Positions 13,480-27,356 of a DNA stretch of 64,000 bases are shown here, piece by piece. How positions within the stretch are numbered: position 1 is the stretch's first letter; every line of letters begins with the position of its first letter. Position numbers and translations under genes: made by a program. The stretch is from Eledone cirrhosa. Lineage: Eukaryota. The stretch is from the NCBI GenBank assembly GCA_964016885.1, contig OZ024760.1, positions 22,692,001-22,756,000 on the forward strand, in the 5' to 3' direction. The notes under the pieces are model-generated. The model ran no database searches and was not told where the DNA came from. It was given only the letters and a program-made list of their open reading frames with translations.

Positions 13480-15330
13480 CAACAACAACAACAACAACAG
13501 CATCAACATTGATAGTAACACCAACAACAACAGCATTACAATTGATAGTAATAACAACATCAACACAAATATGAATAACCACAGCAATATCAATATACTA
13601 AAAACTACTGCAATACTACCTCCACCCACACTAAATACCACTACCAACGCCACCACCTCCGCCCCCACCAACACCAAATACCACCACCAACGCCACCATC
13701 AATAGCAACAGACGCACCACCACCAACACCACCACGAATACCAACGCCTCGACCAACCACACCAACCACACCACCACCAATACCCACACCAAGTACTACC
13801 ATCAACGCCACACCCAATACGAACACCACCGCCACTACCCACACTACACACCAATACCACCACCACCACCACCACCACCAATTCCCACACCATATACCAC
13901 CATCAATGCCACTACCAATACCAACACCACCACCAATACCACCACGACCACCAACACCAACAACTCCTCCACCACCACTACCACTCACCGCTCCACCACC
14001 GCCACCACTAACCTCTCCACCACCACCACCACCACCAACGCCTCCACCCCCCACTCTCACCACCACCACTACCACCAACGCCACCAACACCACCACCGTG
14101 TCGTCAACAACCAACACCACGACCATCGCCTCAACAACCAACACCGCCTCCACCACCACCACTACAAACACAATCACCAGAAACAAATAAAAGCACCGAT
14201 GTCCCCACCACCAACGCTTCCACACCACTACAACCATCATCACGTTCATCCCCACACCACCACCACCACCACCACCACCATCACGTTCACCACCAACACC
14301 TCCCCGACCAGGACCACTAACTACAATATCATCATCATCATCATGAAATATATGGCCATCAATAGTAAATCGGCTGACGTCAAAAGTAATGTTGATAAAG
14401 AGACATGTTTATTACATGAACAGCAAATATAACAACAACAACACTGACAATGACAACAGCAGCAGCTGAAGAAACATCAACGACATAAAGAGCATCAGCA
14501 ACTGCAACAGCAACAACAACAACATAAACAACAGTAACACCAACAACAGCAGCATCAACAACAGTAACACCAACACCAGAAACAACAACAACAACAACAA
14601 CAGCAACATCAGCAACCTCAACGACAGTAGCATCAACAACAAACAGAACAGTATCAGCAACAACAGCAACAACATCAACAACACCAGCAACATCAGCAAC
14701 AGCAACAACACCAGCAACAACAACAACAAAAAGAACACTATCAACAACACCAGCAACAACAACCACAGTAACAGCAACAACACCAGCAACAGCAATAATA
14801 AAAAGAACAGTATCAACAGCAACAACAACAACCACAGCAACAACAACAACACCAGCAACAGCAATAACAAAAAGAACAGTATCAACAGCAACAACAACAA
14901 CCACAGCAACAGCAACAACAACAAAAAGAACAGTATCAACAACCACAGCAACAGCAACAACAACACCAGCAACAGCAACAACAAAAAGAACAGTACCAGC
15001 AACATCAACAACAAACAGAACAGTATCAACAACAGCAACACCAACATCAACAACAACAACAGCAACATCAGCAGCAGCAGCAACAACAACTACAAAAATA
15101 ACAGTATCAACATCAGCATCAGCAACACAGCAGCAACAGCAACAACAACAACAACAACAACACAGAACAGTATCAACAACAACAGCAGCAACAGCAACAA
15201 CAACAAGCGGTGGGACCACAAGATAAGCAAAAACGAAACAACAAACCAAAAAATACAATAATAGGAACATCAACAACAACAACAACATCAAAGACTATAA
15301 CACACACAAACAATACCAACACTAACAACA
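13480..15330. repeat. Cryptic trinucleotide repeats (CCA-rich, then CAA/CAG-rich)
   Basis: Directly visible; yields poly-V, poly-L, poly-P and poly-T pseudo-ORFs. Confidence 0.92.
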
Positions 15331-15338
15331 ATAATATC

Positions 15339-15501
15339 CAGGGACGTCTTAGCGTATGGGCACACTGGGCAGTTGCCCGGAGGCCCCACGAGGATAGGGT
15401 GCCCATTTGTATTTTTATTCCTGTGAGTGTTTGTGTAGGTAGGGGCACCAGTGCTCTGCTTAGCCCGGGGGTGGGGCTATAAGGCTGTTAAGACGCCCCT
15501 G
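15339..15501. mobile_element. hAT-superfamily MITE (163 bp)
   Basis: TIRs CAGGGACGTCTTAGC / GTTAAGACGCCCCTG and a perfect 8-bp TSD ATAATATC at 15331-38 and 15502-09. Confidence 0.92.
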
Positions 15502-15791
15502 ATAATATCTACTAGATTATTAGCAATAACAATAACAACAGTTACAATAACAAGAGCAACAACAGCATCAACAAAAAGAACGTCAGCAACGGAAGCAATC
15601 TGAATAATAATAACAACAACAACAACAATAAAACTAACAACAGCAACACATCCGAACAACAGAAAAGATATCAACATTAACATCATCGAGAATTCATATA
15701 TATCCCACCCCTCACTCTCAAGCGTGAAACTAATAACATTTTGTACTGCCTCTTCGCTTCCACGTTGTTGCTTTTTTTGTTTACTGTTTCA

Positions 15792-15829
<38 letters not shown>

Positions 15830-15859
15830 AGATCAAAAGATGCTTAAAAGAGTTCCATG

Positions 15860-15930
15860 TATTTTATTATGCGCATTTCAAAAACAAACATCATCATGCA
15901 ATAACATTTGTGTTTTCATCAGATAAAATA
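15860..15930 (-). ncRNA. Type I hammerhead ribozyme (family A, inverted arm)
   Basis: Mirror copy of 16053-16122 with intact core and stems. Confidence 0.78.
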
Positions 15931-16052
15931 GGAAGACATATGAGGGTTAAAAAACACTTGTGAATAGTGCAGTTTTAAATCAACATATATGATATGTTGA
16001 TTTAAAACTGCACTATTCACAAGTGTTTTTTAACCTTCATATCGTGTCTTCT

Positions 16053-16122
16053 TATTTTATCTGATGAAAACACAAATGTTATTGCAAGATGATGTTTGTT
16101 TTGAAATGCGCATAATAAAATA
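16053..16122 (+). ncRNA. Type I hammerhead ribozyme (family A)
   Basis: TATTTTAT-CTGATGA-AAACACAAATGTTATT GCAA GATGATGTTTGTTTT-GAAA-TGCGCA-TA-ATAAAATA. Perfect 8-bp stem I and an AUA cleavage triplet. Confidence 0.85.
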
Positions 16123-16245
16123 CATGGAACTCTTTTAACCATCTTTTGATCTTATATATTATGTATACTCCAGTCCTACAAACTGTAGAGTGCTTCTTAT
16201 CCGATATCTGCATTGCTTTATTGTACTACAATAAAACTCACCTCC

Positions 16246-16289
<44 letters not shown>

Positions 16290-16307
16290 GCTGTTGTTTA
16301 TGTTGTT

Positions 16308-16690
16308 GTTGTTTCTACTTTTGACACAAGGCCAGCAATTACCCAGTGTATTACTGGTACCTTATTTTATCGACCCCGTAAGGATGAAAGGCAAAGTTAA
16401 CCTTGGCAGGATTTAAACTCAGAAAGGCAAGGGCCGTAACTCTGCGTTAAAGCATGGCGTCCGACCCTCCACCGATACTACCAATCCACCGCCAGTCTCA
16501 CCTATTAAATAATTGTTTATATTTTTGGCACACGGCCAGCAATTAGCCAGTACATTACTGGTACTTTATTTTATCGACCACGTAAGGATGAAAGGCAAAG
16601 TTAACCTCGGCGGCATTTGAACTCAGACCGTAAAGGGACGTAACTATGGTAGAAAGCATGTTGTCCAACCCTCTACCGATACTACCAATT
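16308..16690 (-). mobile_element. Two tandem SINE family A copies
   Basis: Family A consensus. Confidence 0.9.
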
Positions 16691-17125
16691 GATGTTCACA
16701 ATGTACTAATATATTTGGTTTACTGAGATGTAGCTAGGAAAACACACACACACACCACCTGAAAAAAAAAACACAGACCGACCCACAAATAGACAGATAT
16801 TAATTATTGACGTTGTTTAACCCTAGGTCAGTTCTACGCTCCTGATTGAGAACCTTTATGATAACAGACGTCGGACTTGTAAGTGTTGCATTTTTTTTTT
16901 TACTATTATCTACAACTACATTATGTTATATTGCAGTATTAAGATCAACGGGTATTGAGTTACTGAACGGAGTAAGAGTGAAAGTGTGAGTGTAAGGTGG
17001 GGCTCAAGAGAACAGAAACCACAAAATACAGTTTCCCGCCTAGGATGAGGCTTTCGACGTATCAGACAAAAGTCTTTCTGGAAATGAAAAGTTCAGAGAA
17101 AGAGAGAAAATCTTGTGTGTGTGTG

Positions 17126-17185
<60 letters not shown>

Positions 17186-17689
17186 TATATATACACACAC
17201 ACATTGAAATATATTACCACACATTGTTAATTATATCATAATTTACTTTACATATGTTTCATCATATAGGATTCGTCGGAATTACATAAAATAGATATCA
17301 CAAACGATTAATCTAGTCTTTACAATATAGCATACCGGACAACGCATTTTGAGCTATAATCTTTTCACCTATCCCCTACATATTTCCAGTTTTTAATATT
17401 TGAAAAAAAAACTCTCTCTCACTCTCCATGCGCACGTGTGTATGTGTGGAGAGAGAGAGAGAGGGGGTGAGAGAGGCCATTATTTAATGTACAATGTTTT
17501 CTACAGGACTTGAACTGGTTCAATTGTATGAAATCCGCGGCACTGCCTGATGTGTAATTTGAGCGTAAGGTTTGACTCAAGAAAACAGGGTTGGGTGCAT
17601 TGATCTGACATGAAGCTATCAAAGGATGAATGAGTTTGAATGAAGGAAAGATAATATGGCGCTACTTTAATAGGTTAATGCAAACATGA

Positions 17690-18110
17690 AAATATATAGA
17701 TACATAGACGACATATACATTTATATATATATATAAATATATATACACACGCATATATAAATATATATATATATATTTGTATACACACATATATGTATAT
17801 ATACACACATATAGGTATACATATATATAGGTATAGATATATATATGTATACACACACATATATATATATACACATGTGTATATATATGTATATATATGT
17901 ATACCTATAGGTGTAGTTACACACAGACATATATATGTATGTATGTGTATATAAGCAGAGATATACGTGTATACTCACATACACTTATCTATTTTAGTGT
18001 GTGTGTATTTACATGTATAAAAGTATGAAATATATATATATAAGGATTGATAGATATTTGTATATACATACATACACACGTTAATACATATATATATATA
18101 CAAACAAGTA

Positions 18111-18154
<44 letters not shown>

Positions 18155-18544
18155 TGTTCACACGTTCATACACACATACGTACATACGTTAATACATATA
18201 TATACATAAATACATACATACAATTGTACATATATACATATGTTCATACGTTCATACACACATACGTACATACACATGTTCATTCACACGTACATACACA
18301 CGTTCGTGCACACGAACATACACACATACATAACTACTTACCTCCTACCAACATACACACACACACATACATAGACAAATACATAGACACACACACACAC
18401 ACATACATAGACACACACACACACATACATAGACAAATACATAGACACACACACACATACATATACAAATACATAGACACACACACATACATAGACAAAT
18501 ACATAGACACACACACACACACACATACATAGACAAATACATAG

Positions 18545-18575
<31 letters not shown>

Positions 18576-18990
18576 TAGACAAATACATAGACACACACAC
18601 ATACACACATACACGACTACATACCTGCCTACCAACATATACACACACACACATACATAGACAAATACGTAGACACACACGAACACACACACATACACAC
18701 ATATAGACAAATACATAGACACACACATAGACACACACACATACACACATACACGACTACTTACCTGCCTACCAACATACACACACACACACATACGTAG
18801 ACAATACATACACACACACACGCACACACACACACATACATAGACAAATACATAGACACACACACACACACATACATAGACACATACATAGACACACACA
18901 CATACACACATACACATACACGACTACTTACCTGCCTACCAACATACACACACACAAACCCCCCCACACACACACTTACATACACACAGC
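17690..18990. repeat. (TA)/(CA) microsatellites and a CATAGACAAATACATAGA(CA)n minisatellite
   Basis: Directly visible. Confidence 0.93.
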
Positions 18991-19297
18991 CATATATATA
19001 CGTATTTTATGGAGCATATTTAACGTAGGAAGCAAAGGTTAGAAAATTTGGCTGGTAGCCATTGGAAGAGTCTTTGAAATATAACATAATCCTTTGATAA
19101 ACGATCCGGTGGATTGACAACAAAGGAATCCATAGCCTCGATGTGAGCGTATTGCACAAGTTCAAAGACGCCATTTTCCCTTCATTTGACAATACCATCG
19201 CGTTACTTTGCGATATATACGTTTCATGATAAATACAGAATTGTCATCACTGCGGGGTTTGCCATCGTATTTCTGACCTACGATCATACGCTACATC

Positions 19298-19532
19298 CAC
19301 ACCGTGTGTAGACTAACCAACACACACACACACTAATACATACTAACACACATACTAACACACACATATATAAGTATATGTATAATATATACCATATATA
19401 ACATATATATATATATAAATAGGCATATATATATATATATATGGAGAGTGAAATAAGTCGATATATAGATATCGATACATCACAAGAAAATATATCATTT
19501 TATATCTCCCTATTATTTTCTCTATCTCAATC

Positions 19533-19591
<59 letters not shown>

Positions 19592-19861
19592 ACACACACC
19601 GTGTGTAGACTAGAACATATTACAATTGCTAACCAACACACACACACTAATACGTACTAACACACATACTAACACACACATATATAAGTATATGTATAAT
19701 ATATACCATATATAACGTATATATATATATATATAAATAGGCATATATATATATATATATGTATGTATATATATATATATATATATATGGAGAGTGAAAT
19801 AAGTCGATATATAGCTATCGATACATCACAAGAAAATATATCATTTTATATCTCCCTATTA

Positions 19862-19939
<78 letters not shown>

Positions 19940-19945
19940 ACACAC
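19298..19945. repeat. Local tandem duplication (about 300-350 bp x2)
   Basis: CACACCGTGTGTAGACTA...GGAGAGTGAAATAAGTCGAT...(CT)n occurs twice. Confidence 0.9.
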
Positions 19946-20079
19946 ACACATATATATATATAATGAACTGTTAAGTATACCGATATATATATATATGTAT
20001 GTATATATATATATGTATATATAACATGTATAGACTATTTGAAGCAGACTTTAGCTTGCATGTCTCACAATGGGTTATC

Positions 20080-20830
20080 TGCATCATCTTTATCACCATA
20101 GCCATCACCATCACCATCATAAGTGTCACCATAGCCATCACCATGACCATCATCAGTGTCATCATAACCATCACTATCAACATCATTATCACCATAGTCA
20201 TCACCATGACCATCTTCAGTGTCAGCATAGCCATCAACATCATTGTCACCATAGCCATCACCATGACCATCATTATCACCATAGTCATCACCATGACCAT
20301 CATATCACCATAGCCATTACCATCAACATCATTGTCACCATAGCCATCACCATGACCATCATCTTTATCACCATAGCCATCACCATCATCAGTGTCACCA
20401 TAGCCATCACCATTAACATCATCATTATCACCATAGCCATCAACATCACCATCATCATTATCACCGTCGTCTTCACCATCACCATCATCACTATCGCCAT
20501 AGTCATCACCATCACCATCATCACTATCGCCATAGTCATCACCATGACCATCATTATCACCATAGCCATCAACATCACCATCATCATTATCATCATCATC
20601 ATCATCATTATCATCGTTATCATCATCGTTATCATCATAGCCATCACCATGAACATCATCATAATCATCGTTATCATCGTTATCATCATAGACATCATCA
20701 TCATCATCATCAAAAATCATCATAGCCATCAGCATGAATATCATCATCATCATCATCATCATCATTATCGTCACTATTATAATCATCACCATTACCATCA
20801 TAGTCATCATCATCATCAATATCAACGCTA
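20080..20830. repeat. Degenerate (CAT)/(CAC) trinucleotide repeat
   Basis: Directly visible; gives poly-H, poly-I, poly-D and poly-M pseudo-ORFs in all frames. Confidence 0.93.
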
Positions 20831-21419
20831 TGGACCTCGTCATCATAATCCATATCGTATATACTTCCCTAAACATACGCCTCTATCATGAAGCACGCTG
20901 TGTTAGACATGTGTGAATGTATTAACAATCATACTATCATAAGAGAGACTACGCCATATTTATAGGTGAGAACTTATCGTTGTCGAAACGCGCACAACGA
21001 CGTCATTGTCAGCCATTTTAAATCCATTTTACTGCAGTGTTGTTGACATCATAGAAAGACACGTCACTCGTAACAACCTAAAATTGGAACATCGGCCATT
21101 TCGGATTTAATCCAACGTGACGTATGCGTCACTTTCTCACTCTCTCGTCCTGTCTCTCTCTCTCTCTGTCTGTCTTTCTTTCTTTCCCTCCCTCTCTTTC
21201 CCTCCCTCTCTTTCACTCCCTCTCTTTCCCTCCCTCTCTTTCACTCCCTCTCTTTCCCTCCCTCTCTTTCACTCCCTCTCTTTCCCTTTCTCTATTGAAA
21301 ACATGACTGTGTTGCATAATCTGTCCCTCGCTTACACACACACACGTACATATTGCATATATCATTTGTGTACATTTCATGTATATCATATAAAAAAATG
21401 TATTATGGATATTGTACAT

Positions 21420-21768
21420 ATACATACACACACACAGACACACACATATATATACATATGTATAAATGTATATAAAGGTATATATATAATATATACATTT
21501 TATATATATATAGATATGTATAAAGGAATATAAAGGTATATATATATGTATAAATGTATGTAAAGGTATATATATAATATATACATATAATATATATATA
21601 TGTATAAATGTATATAACTATATATATGTATACATATAAATGCATTCATATATGTATATATATATAAATGTATGTATATATATATATATGTATATATATA
21701 GATGTATGTATGTGTATATATATAGATGTCTGTATATATATAGATGTATGTATGTATATATATAGATG

Positions 21769-21846
<78 letters not shown>

Positions 21847-21978
21847 TATGTATGTATATATATATATGTATATATATATATGTATGTATATATATATATG
21901 TATATATATATATGTATATATATAGATGTATGTATATATATATATGTATATATATATATGTATATATATAGATGTATG

Positions 21979-22011
<33 letters not shown>

Positions 22012-22025
22012 GTGTATATGTATAA
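21420..22025. repeat. (TA)/(TATG) microsatellite
   Basis: Directly visible. Confidence 0.95.
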
Positions 22026-22344
22026 ATTGATTTCTGTTCTTTTTACATTTGTTTCTTCACCTTACTAAAAATCTTTTTTTCCACTTATCTCTCATCTTTC
22101 TGTTTCTGCACTCTCTCTCTCTCTCCACTTCTATCCCTCACACTATTACTCTCCCCCTCTCTTTGCAAACGTTTCTTTCCTTTTAATCTAGAATGTTGAC
22201 CACAAGAGGTGACAGTCGTTACATTTAGCTATTTAAATACCTACTGCAATCTGAACGTGCTAGTTGTATATATAGGGGAAATATGATCCTTTTTGTCCAT
22301 TTAATCTCAGTCTGATGACATATATATATATATATATATATATA

Positions 22345-22533
22345 ATTGTTTCTACGTTAGACACAAGGCCAGCAATTACCCAGTGCATTACTGGTACTTT
22401 ATTTTATCGACCCCGTAAGGATGAAAGGCAAAGTTAACCTTGGCGGGATTTGAACTCAGAATGGCAAGGGCCGTAACTCTATACGTCAAAGCATTGCGTC
22501 CGACCCTCTACCGATACTGCCAATTCACCGCCC

Positions 22534-22534
<1 letters not shown>
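22345..22534 (-). mobile_element. Full-length SINE family A copy within (TA)n
   Basis: Family A consensus from head (GGGCGGTGAATTGGCAG) to tail. Confidence 0.9.
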
Positions 22535-22570
<36 letters not shown>

Positions 22571-22571
<1 letters not shown>

Positions 22572-23338
22572 GTTCTATTTTATGGCACTCTCCACCACTA
22601 TCGCTTGGAATCAGGAAAAGTTTAGCACACCTATTCTTCAATGGTCTCGATAAATGCTTCCCCAAAACGCATAAATATATTAGAATGTTTAATAGACAAA
22701 CAATTACGCTCTCATACTCAACCACTATGAATATTGCCAAACATATAGCTAAAATTAATAATAGAAATATTGGAACTATTCATACGGAATTAACCCCTAA
22801 CGATAATCAGCCAATCACTAGTATAATCATCTCCCCGATTAACAACAATTATACCAACAACTCGAACTATGAAAACAGAGTGGCATCACTAAATAGTAGC
22901 GGAGCTAATTACAATCGTAAAAATAGTTACTCTTGCCCATTATATAATAACTGTCTTGACCGTAATCTAATTTACAAATGCATTGTCAAAACCAAAGATA
23001 AGTATTATAATTATATAGGGGCTACTTCCTCCAAGTTTAAGGAAAGATGGTATAATCACCGCCACACATTTAAGAGAGAGGATAAGAGATTTAGTACTGT
23101 TTTATTGGAATTAATTTGGTCACTTAAAAATAAAAATATAAAATAGTCTCTTTCTTGGCCAAAGCTCTCTAACGCTTTACCCTATATAAATTCTTCCATT
23201 TCTAAAGCCTGTAACTTATGTACAACTGAAATTTTTTATATTCTTAAAAATAGAAAGTTAATTATTAATAAAATATCTGAGATATTTAATTTTTGCCTCC
23301 ACTGTTTCTTAAAATCTTTCCATAGAGTCTTTAGTTAA
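22571..23338 (+). pseudogene. 5'-truncated Penelope-like element: linker plus C-terminal GIY-YIG endonuclease
   Basis: ILWHSPPLS...LDKCFPKTHKYIRMFNRQTITLSYS...CPLYNNCLDRNLIYKCIV...YIGATSSKFKERWYNHRHTF...LIWSLK*...CNLCTTE...FCLH. One internal TAG at 23144. The fragment starts directly after (TA)n. Confidence 0.88.
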
Positions 23339-23795
23339 GTTTTAAAATAGTTTACATTAGTAGTAGATATTCCTTCATATATAGTTTTAATTTTCACCTC
23401 TACTTTTTCTTGAATAAATTTTGAAACTTTTAATGAAAAACTTTTAATGAAAAACTTTTAATTAAAAAAAACCCAATAAAATAATAAGATATGTATTATT
23501 CCTTTATATCTAATTTTTAAATGATTTTATATTCTCTTTAAAAAATCTAAACTATATGACTTAATAAGTTAACTAATTTCTTCCTCCGTTATTTTTCTGC
23601 GTTATTTTCTCCGATTATTATTTTTATCTCACATAACCTTCCTTCAGTATAATTTATGATCTACTTTAAATTTAGGTTGTATCTAAATAAATTAATTTTA
23701 ATGAAAATTGATAAATTCGGCTACAATACATACATGGTTCATGTACCACGCTCTCTTTAAATATATTAGGTTTTAAGATTGATGACCTTATGGGC

Positions 23796-23834
<39 letters not shown>

Positions 23835-24364
23835 GGGGTGGGGTGGAGTAAGTGGGTTGCTCTGACATAGGATTAACAGTTTGTCTACTCCGATCAGATG
23901 TAAGGTTGAGTCGATTGAGTGGATTGGAGCGCAGATAGCAACATCAAATAACGCTACGCAATGCGATCAATTAAACCTTGCTACTTTTACATAAATAATC
24001 ATAAATATGGATCTGTTGATCCTCCTTCCGTTTCGTGGCTTAATTTTGCAGCAGTTACAATAAATGAAGAGCCTTTTCATGAAAATAACTTACTTACGGC
24101 TGACCTTTCCTAAACATAACCCTGAGTTAGGTAACTGAACTCTTAGAATTACGCTCCAGACCAAACACTCTAATCGATATTTCACTTGAAATTTCTTATT
24201 TGTAAAGTATATTATTTGTATGTATTCGATTCTGAGTATCTTATAATAGGAATGGAATATACTTGTTAGTTTAATGAAACGGTCAAAAATCAATTAAATG
24301 ATAAATTTAAATTCCTTCTTAATCTCTGTTCGTTATATATATATATAAATATATATATAGTGTT

Positions 24365-24577
24365 GACGCACGTGGCTGAGTAGTTAGAGAATTGGATTAG
24401 CAATCGTGGGGTTGTGTGTTCGATTCCTGGACCGGACGATGCGTTATGCTCTTGAGCAAGACACTTTATTTCACGTTGCTCCTTCTATCTGAAGTTGCGA
24501 CCGATAGATAGTATAAGCAATTGGAAAGACTAATGGAAACATCGTTTCCTTGGCCCGATTTGACGAAATCGATCGAC
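24365..24577 (+). mobile_element. CORE-like SINE family B copy
   Basis: Homologous to 11705-11920. Confidence 0.85.
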
Positions 24578-24966
24578 TATATATAAATATAGGTAGTTAG
24601 CATCTTCTTCACCCTAGCGTTTTAGGTCCCTTGTGATGTGAACGCATATATGTATATATCTGTGTTTGTCTCTCTTTATTATATTATAAGGCTCGGAATT
24701 CTTTTTTTTTCTTGTGCTATTTTGATTATAAGGGACTATCGTGAGTGTTTAACTCAATATATACTTCTTATATTACAATATATATACTTCTTATATTACT
24801 ATATATATATTAATTACAGGTTAATTAGTCTTTATTGGTGGTTCCAATATTAATTCTTCCTCATATCAAACCATGGTAGGGAGATCTATATATAAGCGAA
24901 GTTAGACAGAAAATGTTTTTCGTCTATCTTGTTTATACTTTCAGAATTAGTTTTTTCTCATTTTAT

Positions 24967-25007
<41 letters not shown>

Positions 25008-25252
25008 TTTCACGTTTAATTAAGTAATAAAAGTTAAAAGTTTCGGACAAAAGTGTTTCATCAGAAGTAAAATAAGAAATGAAATGAAAAATATAAAGAT
25101 ACTGGAGAGCGAGCTAGGGTAAGAAAAAAAATGTACTGATTATTTCAAACGAAGGCACCAGATGTAATTCTGTAGATGTCACATCTATGAGAAATACATA
25201 TATAAGGAAAAGAATGACTTCATTTTTAGATCTAAACAAATTTATAATACTA

Positions 25253-26016
25253 CTAGCAGAATGGCCCGGCATTGCTCGGGCTTCTAAACATAGATTGGCA
25301 TGTTTATCCCTTCTTTTTGAAACAGTACAGAGAAGTACGGAAGACCTCCGCCTGGGGATGGTATCTACATTTTGTGCTTATAAAGAAAATGTGTCGTAGA
25401 TTACCAGGGGTTTAACTTAATTGGGTGCTGATAGTAAAATGTTCAACCCACGAAAGCCAAGACGATAGGGTTAAGTAAAAAGGCATTCGACAAACCGAAC
25501 ATGTATTTATTGTGCTATGGTTCAATGAAAGTTACAGAGCAGTAAGCATGTGGGACTGCAGTGGTGGAGAGCATGAAGGAATTTAGTTGGATACTTTTAA
25601 GGTTACAAAAATCTAGCCAACCTGATATAGACCGAACTGTTATATCGGATGCCGAACGCTTCGGAGTTACTATTGGGGTCACCATCAACAATTTCAAGGT
25701 ATGTACGTTTAAGTAAGGATAATATAGTCTATAAAGAGAAAAAAACTCTTTCAAAATACTAAAGAGTTGTCTCTCTTGAACATTGTAGACAAAATTTCCG
25801 AACTGACGAAAAGGGCTTAAAGTTTTAGTGAAAAAAAACGCCTTTAACAACAGAAAATTGAAAAATAAAAGCTGCAGTTAACATCTTTAGACCGCAAAGA
25901 ATATATAAATGCAAGTTTGAAATCAATCGGAGTAGAAATGTGGATTTGTATAGACTTTCCAAAATTAGGACGCACACACACACAGAGACACCTTCAGTTT
26001 TATATATATGTATAGA
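25253..26016 (-). mobile_element. Non-autonomous Helitron (764 bp)
   Basis: Minus strand starts A|TCTATACATATATATAAAA and ends with hairpin CCCGAGCAATGCCGGG followed by CTAG|T. It is inserted between A and T with no TSD. Confidence 0.85.
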
Positions 26017-26409
26017 TAATGTTATGAGTTGTATAATATTATGAAATTAAATCAATTTGTTTAGAACTACAAGTGAAGTCATTCTTGTCCTTTTTTTCAA
26101 ATATATATTTATATATATATATATATATAAACACACGCACACTTTCTCTACAAATGTCTAGAATACCTATAATTGTATTCCTTTCTGTTCATTTTCTTCT
26201 TAAGAATATATATTATATATGATCCACGTGCAGTCGTCTCAATTACAACTTGAGCTATGGTTTACTGCGTTCACACCTCAAATTCTTGTCTCTTTGAATA
26301 AGTAGTGGGAGGGTCGGGGTTACAAGGACGACCATTTTGACATCTTCGATAACATGTGTATATATCTATCTATATCTATCTATATAATGTGTGTGTGTAT
26401 ATATAAATA

Positions 26410-26446
<37 letters not shown>

Positions 26447-26843
26447 AATGTGTGTCTATATATAAATATATATATATATATATTTGTATAAACACACATA
26501 CATTATATATATATATATATACATGTCAGTGTGTGTAAATGTATGTGTGTGTAAGTGTATATGTGTGTGTGTGTGTGTGATGGTGCAAGGCCTATATGTT
26601 GTACACCTATACGCCGACCAACATCATCAATCAGAAAGCCATTAGCAATATTGCCATAATGTCACAGAGTGTAATTGCTGTCCATTTCAAAAGATCGAGG
26701 AATAACCGAACTATTGGAAATTATCTAAAGAACCGAAGAAGAAATATCAAAACATTTAACTATAAACAACCTCCCCACACACACGCACGCACGCACGCAC
26801 GCACGAACATATGCAAATGTGTATATAAATGTGTATGTATGTA

Positions 26844-26888
<45 letters not shown>

Positions 26889-27032
26889 GCATATATATAA
26901 AACTGCATATGTGTGTGTATATATAAATATATATATATACATACATATGCATATATATATATAAATGTACATATATGTGTGTGTATATATATATATGTGT
27001 GGCTATATATCTGTGTATATATATATATATAT

Positions 27033-27243
27033 GTGTGGCTGGGTGATTAGAGAATTAGATTCACAAACTTGGGGTGGTGAGTTCGATTCCTAGACCGGGA
27101 GATGCGTTATGTCCTTGAGCAAGACACTTTATTTCACGTTGTTCCTTCTACCTGGAGTTGCGACCGATAGATAGTATTAGCAGCTGGAAAGACCAACGGA
27201 AACATTATTTCCTCGGTCCGATTTGACGAAAGTCGATCGATCC
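27033..27243 (+). mobile_element. CORE-like SINE family B copy
   Basis: Homologous to 11705-11920; ends in (TA)n. Confidence 0.85.
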
Positions 27244-27259
27244 TATATATATATATATA

Positions 27260-27341
27260 TTGTTATACTTTGGGAGGATCATGTTGCCAATAACACACGT
27301 TTTCAGATAAAGAATATTGCTAAACAAATTCAGAAACGAAA
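27260..27341. mobile_element. (TA)n-embedded family F fragment with internal inversion
   Basis: The first about 32 bp are inverted relative to the copy at 34599-34690. Confidence 0.65.
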
Positions 27342-27356
27342 TATATATAAATATAT

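Larger units (their letters stand above)
15820..16250. mobile_element. (TA)n-embedded family A element with a fold-back palindrome (arms about 170 bp)
   Basis: Arms 15820-15988 and 15992-16162 with a few mismatches. The 3' tail is shared with 11050-11147, and both flanks are (TA)n. Confidence 0.85.

Noticed and set aside
13641-15291. Gly-rich, Pro-rich and Val/Leu-rich ORFs
   Set aside because: Trinucleotide low-complexity sequence, with a MITE insertion directly alongside.
19971-20891. Asp/Gly-rich or His-rich protein (biomineral- or beak-protein-like)
   Set aside because: Degenerate CAT/CAC repeat that drifts between frames, with no signal peptide or splice support.
25030-25075. Minus-strand CTGATGA-AACACTTTTGTCC-GAAAC
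   Set aside because: Stem II is only partial and stems I and III do not form. It may be a decayed copy but cannot be supported.
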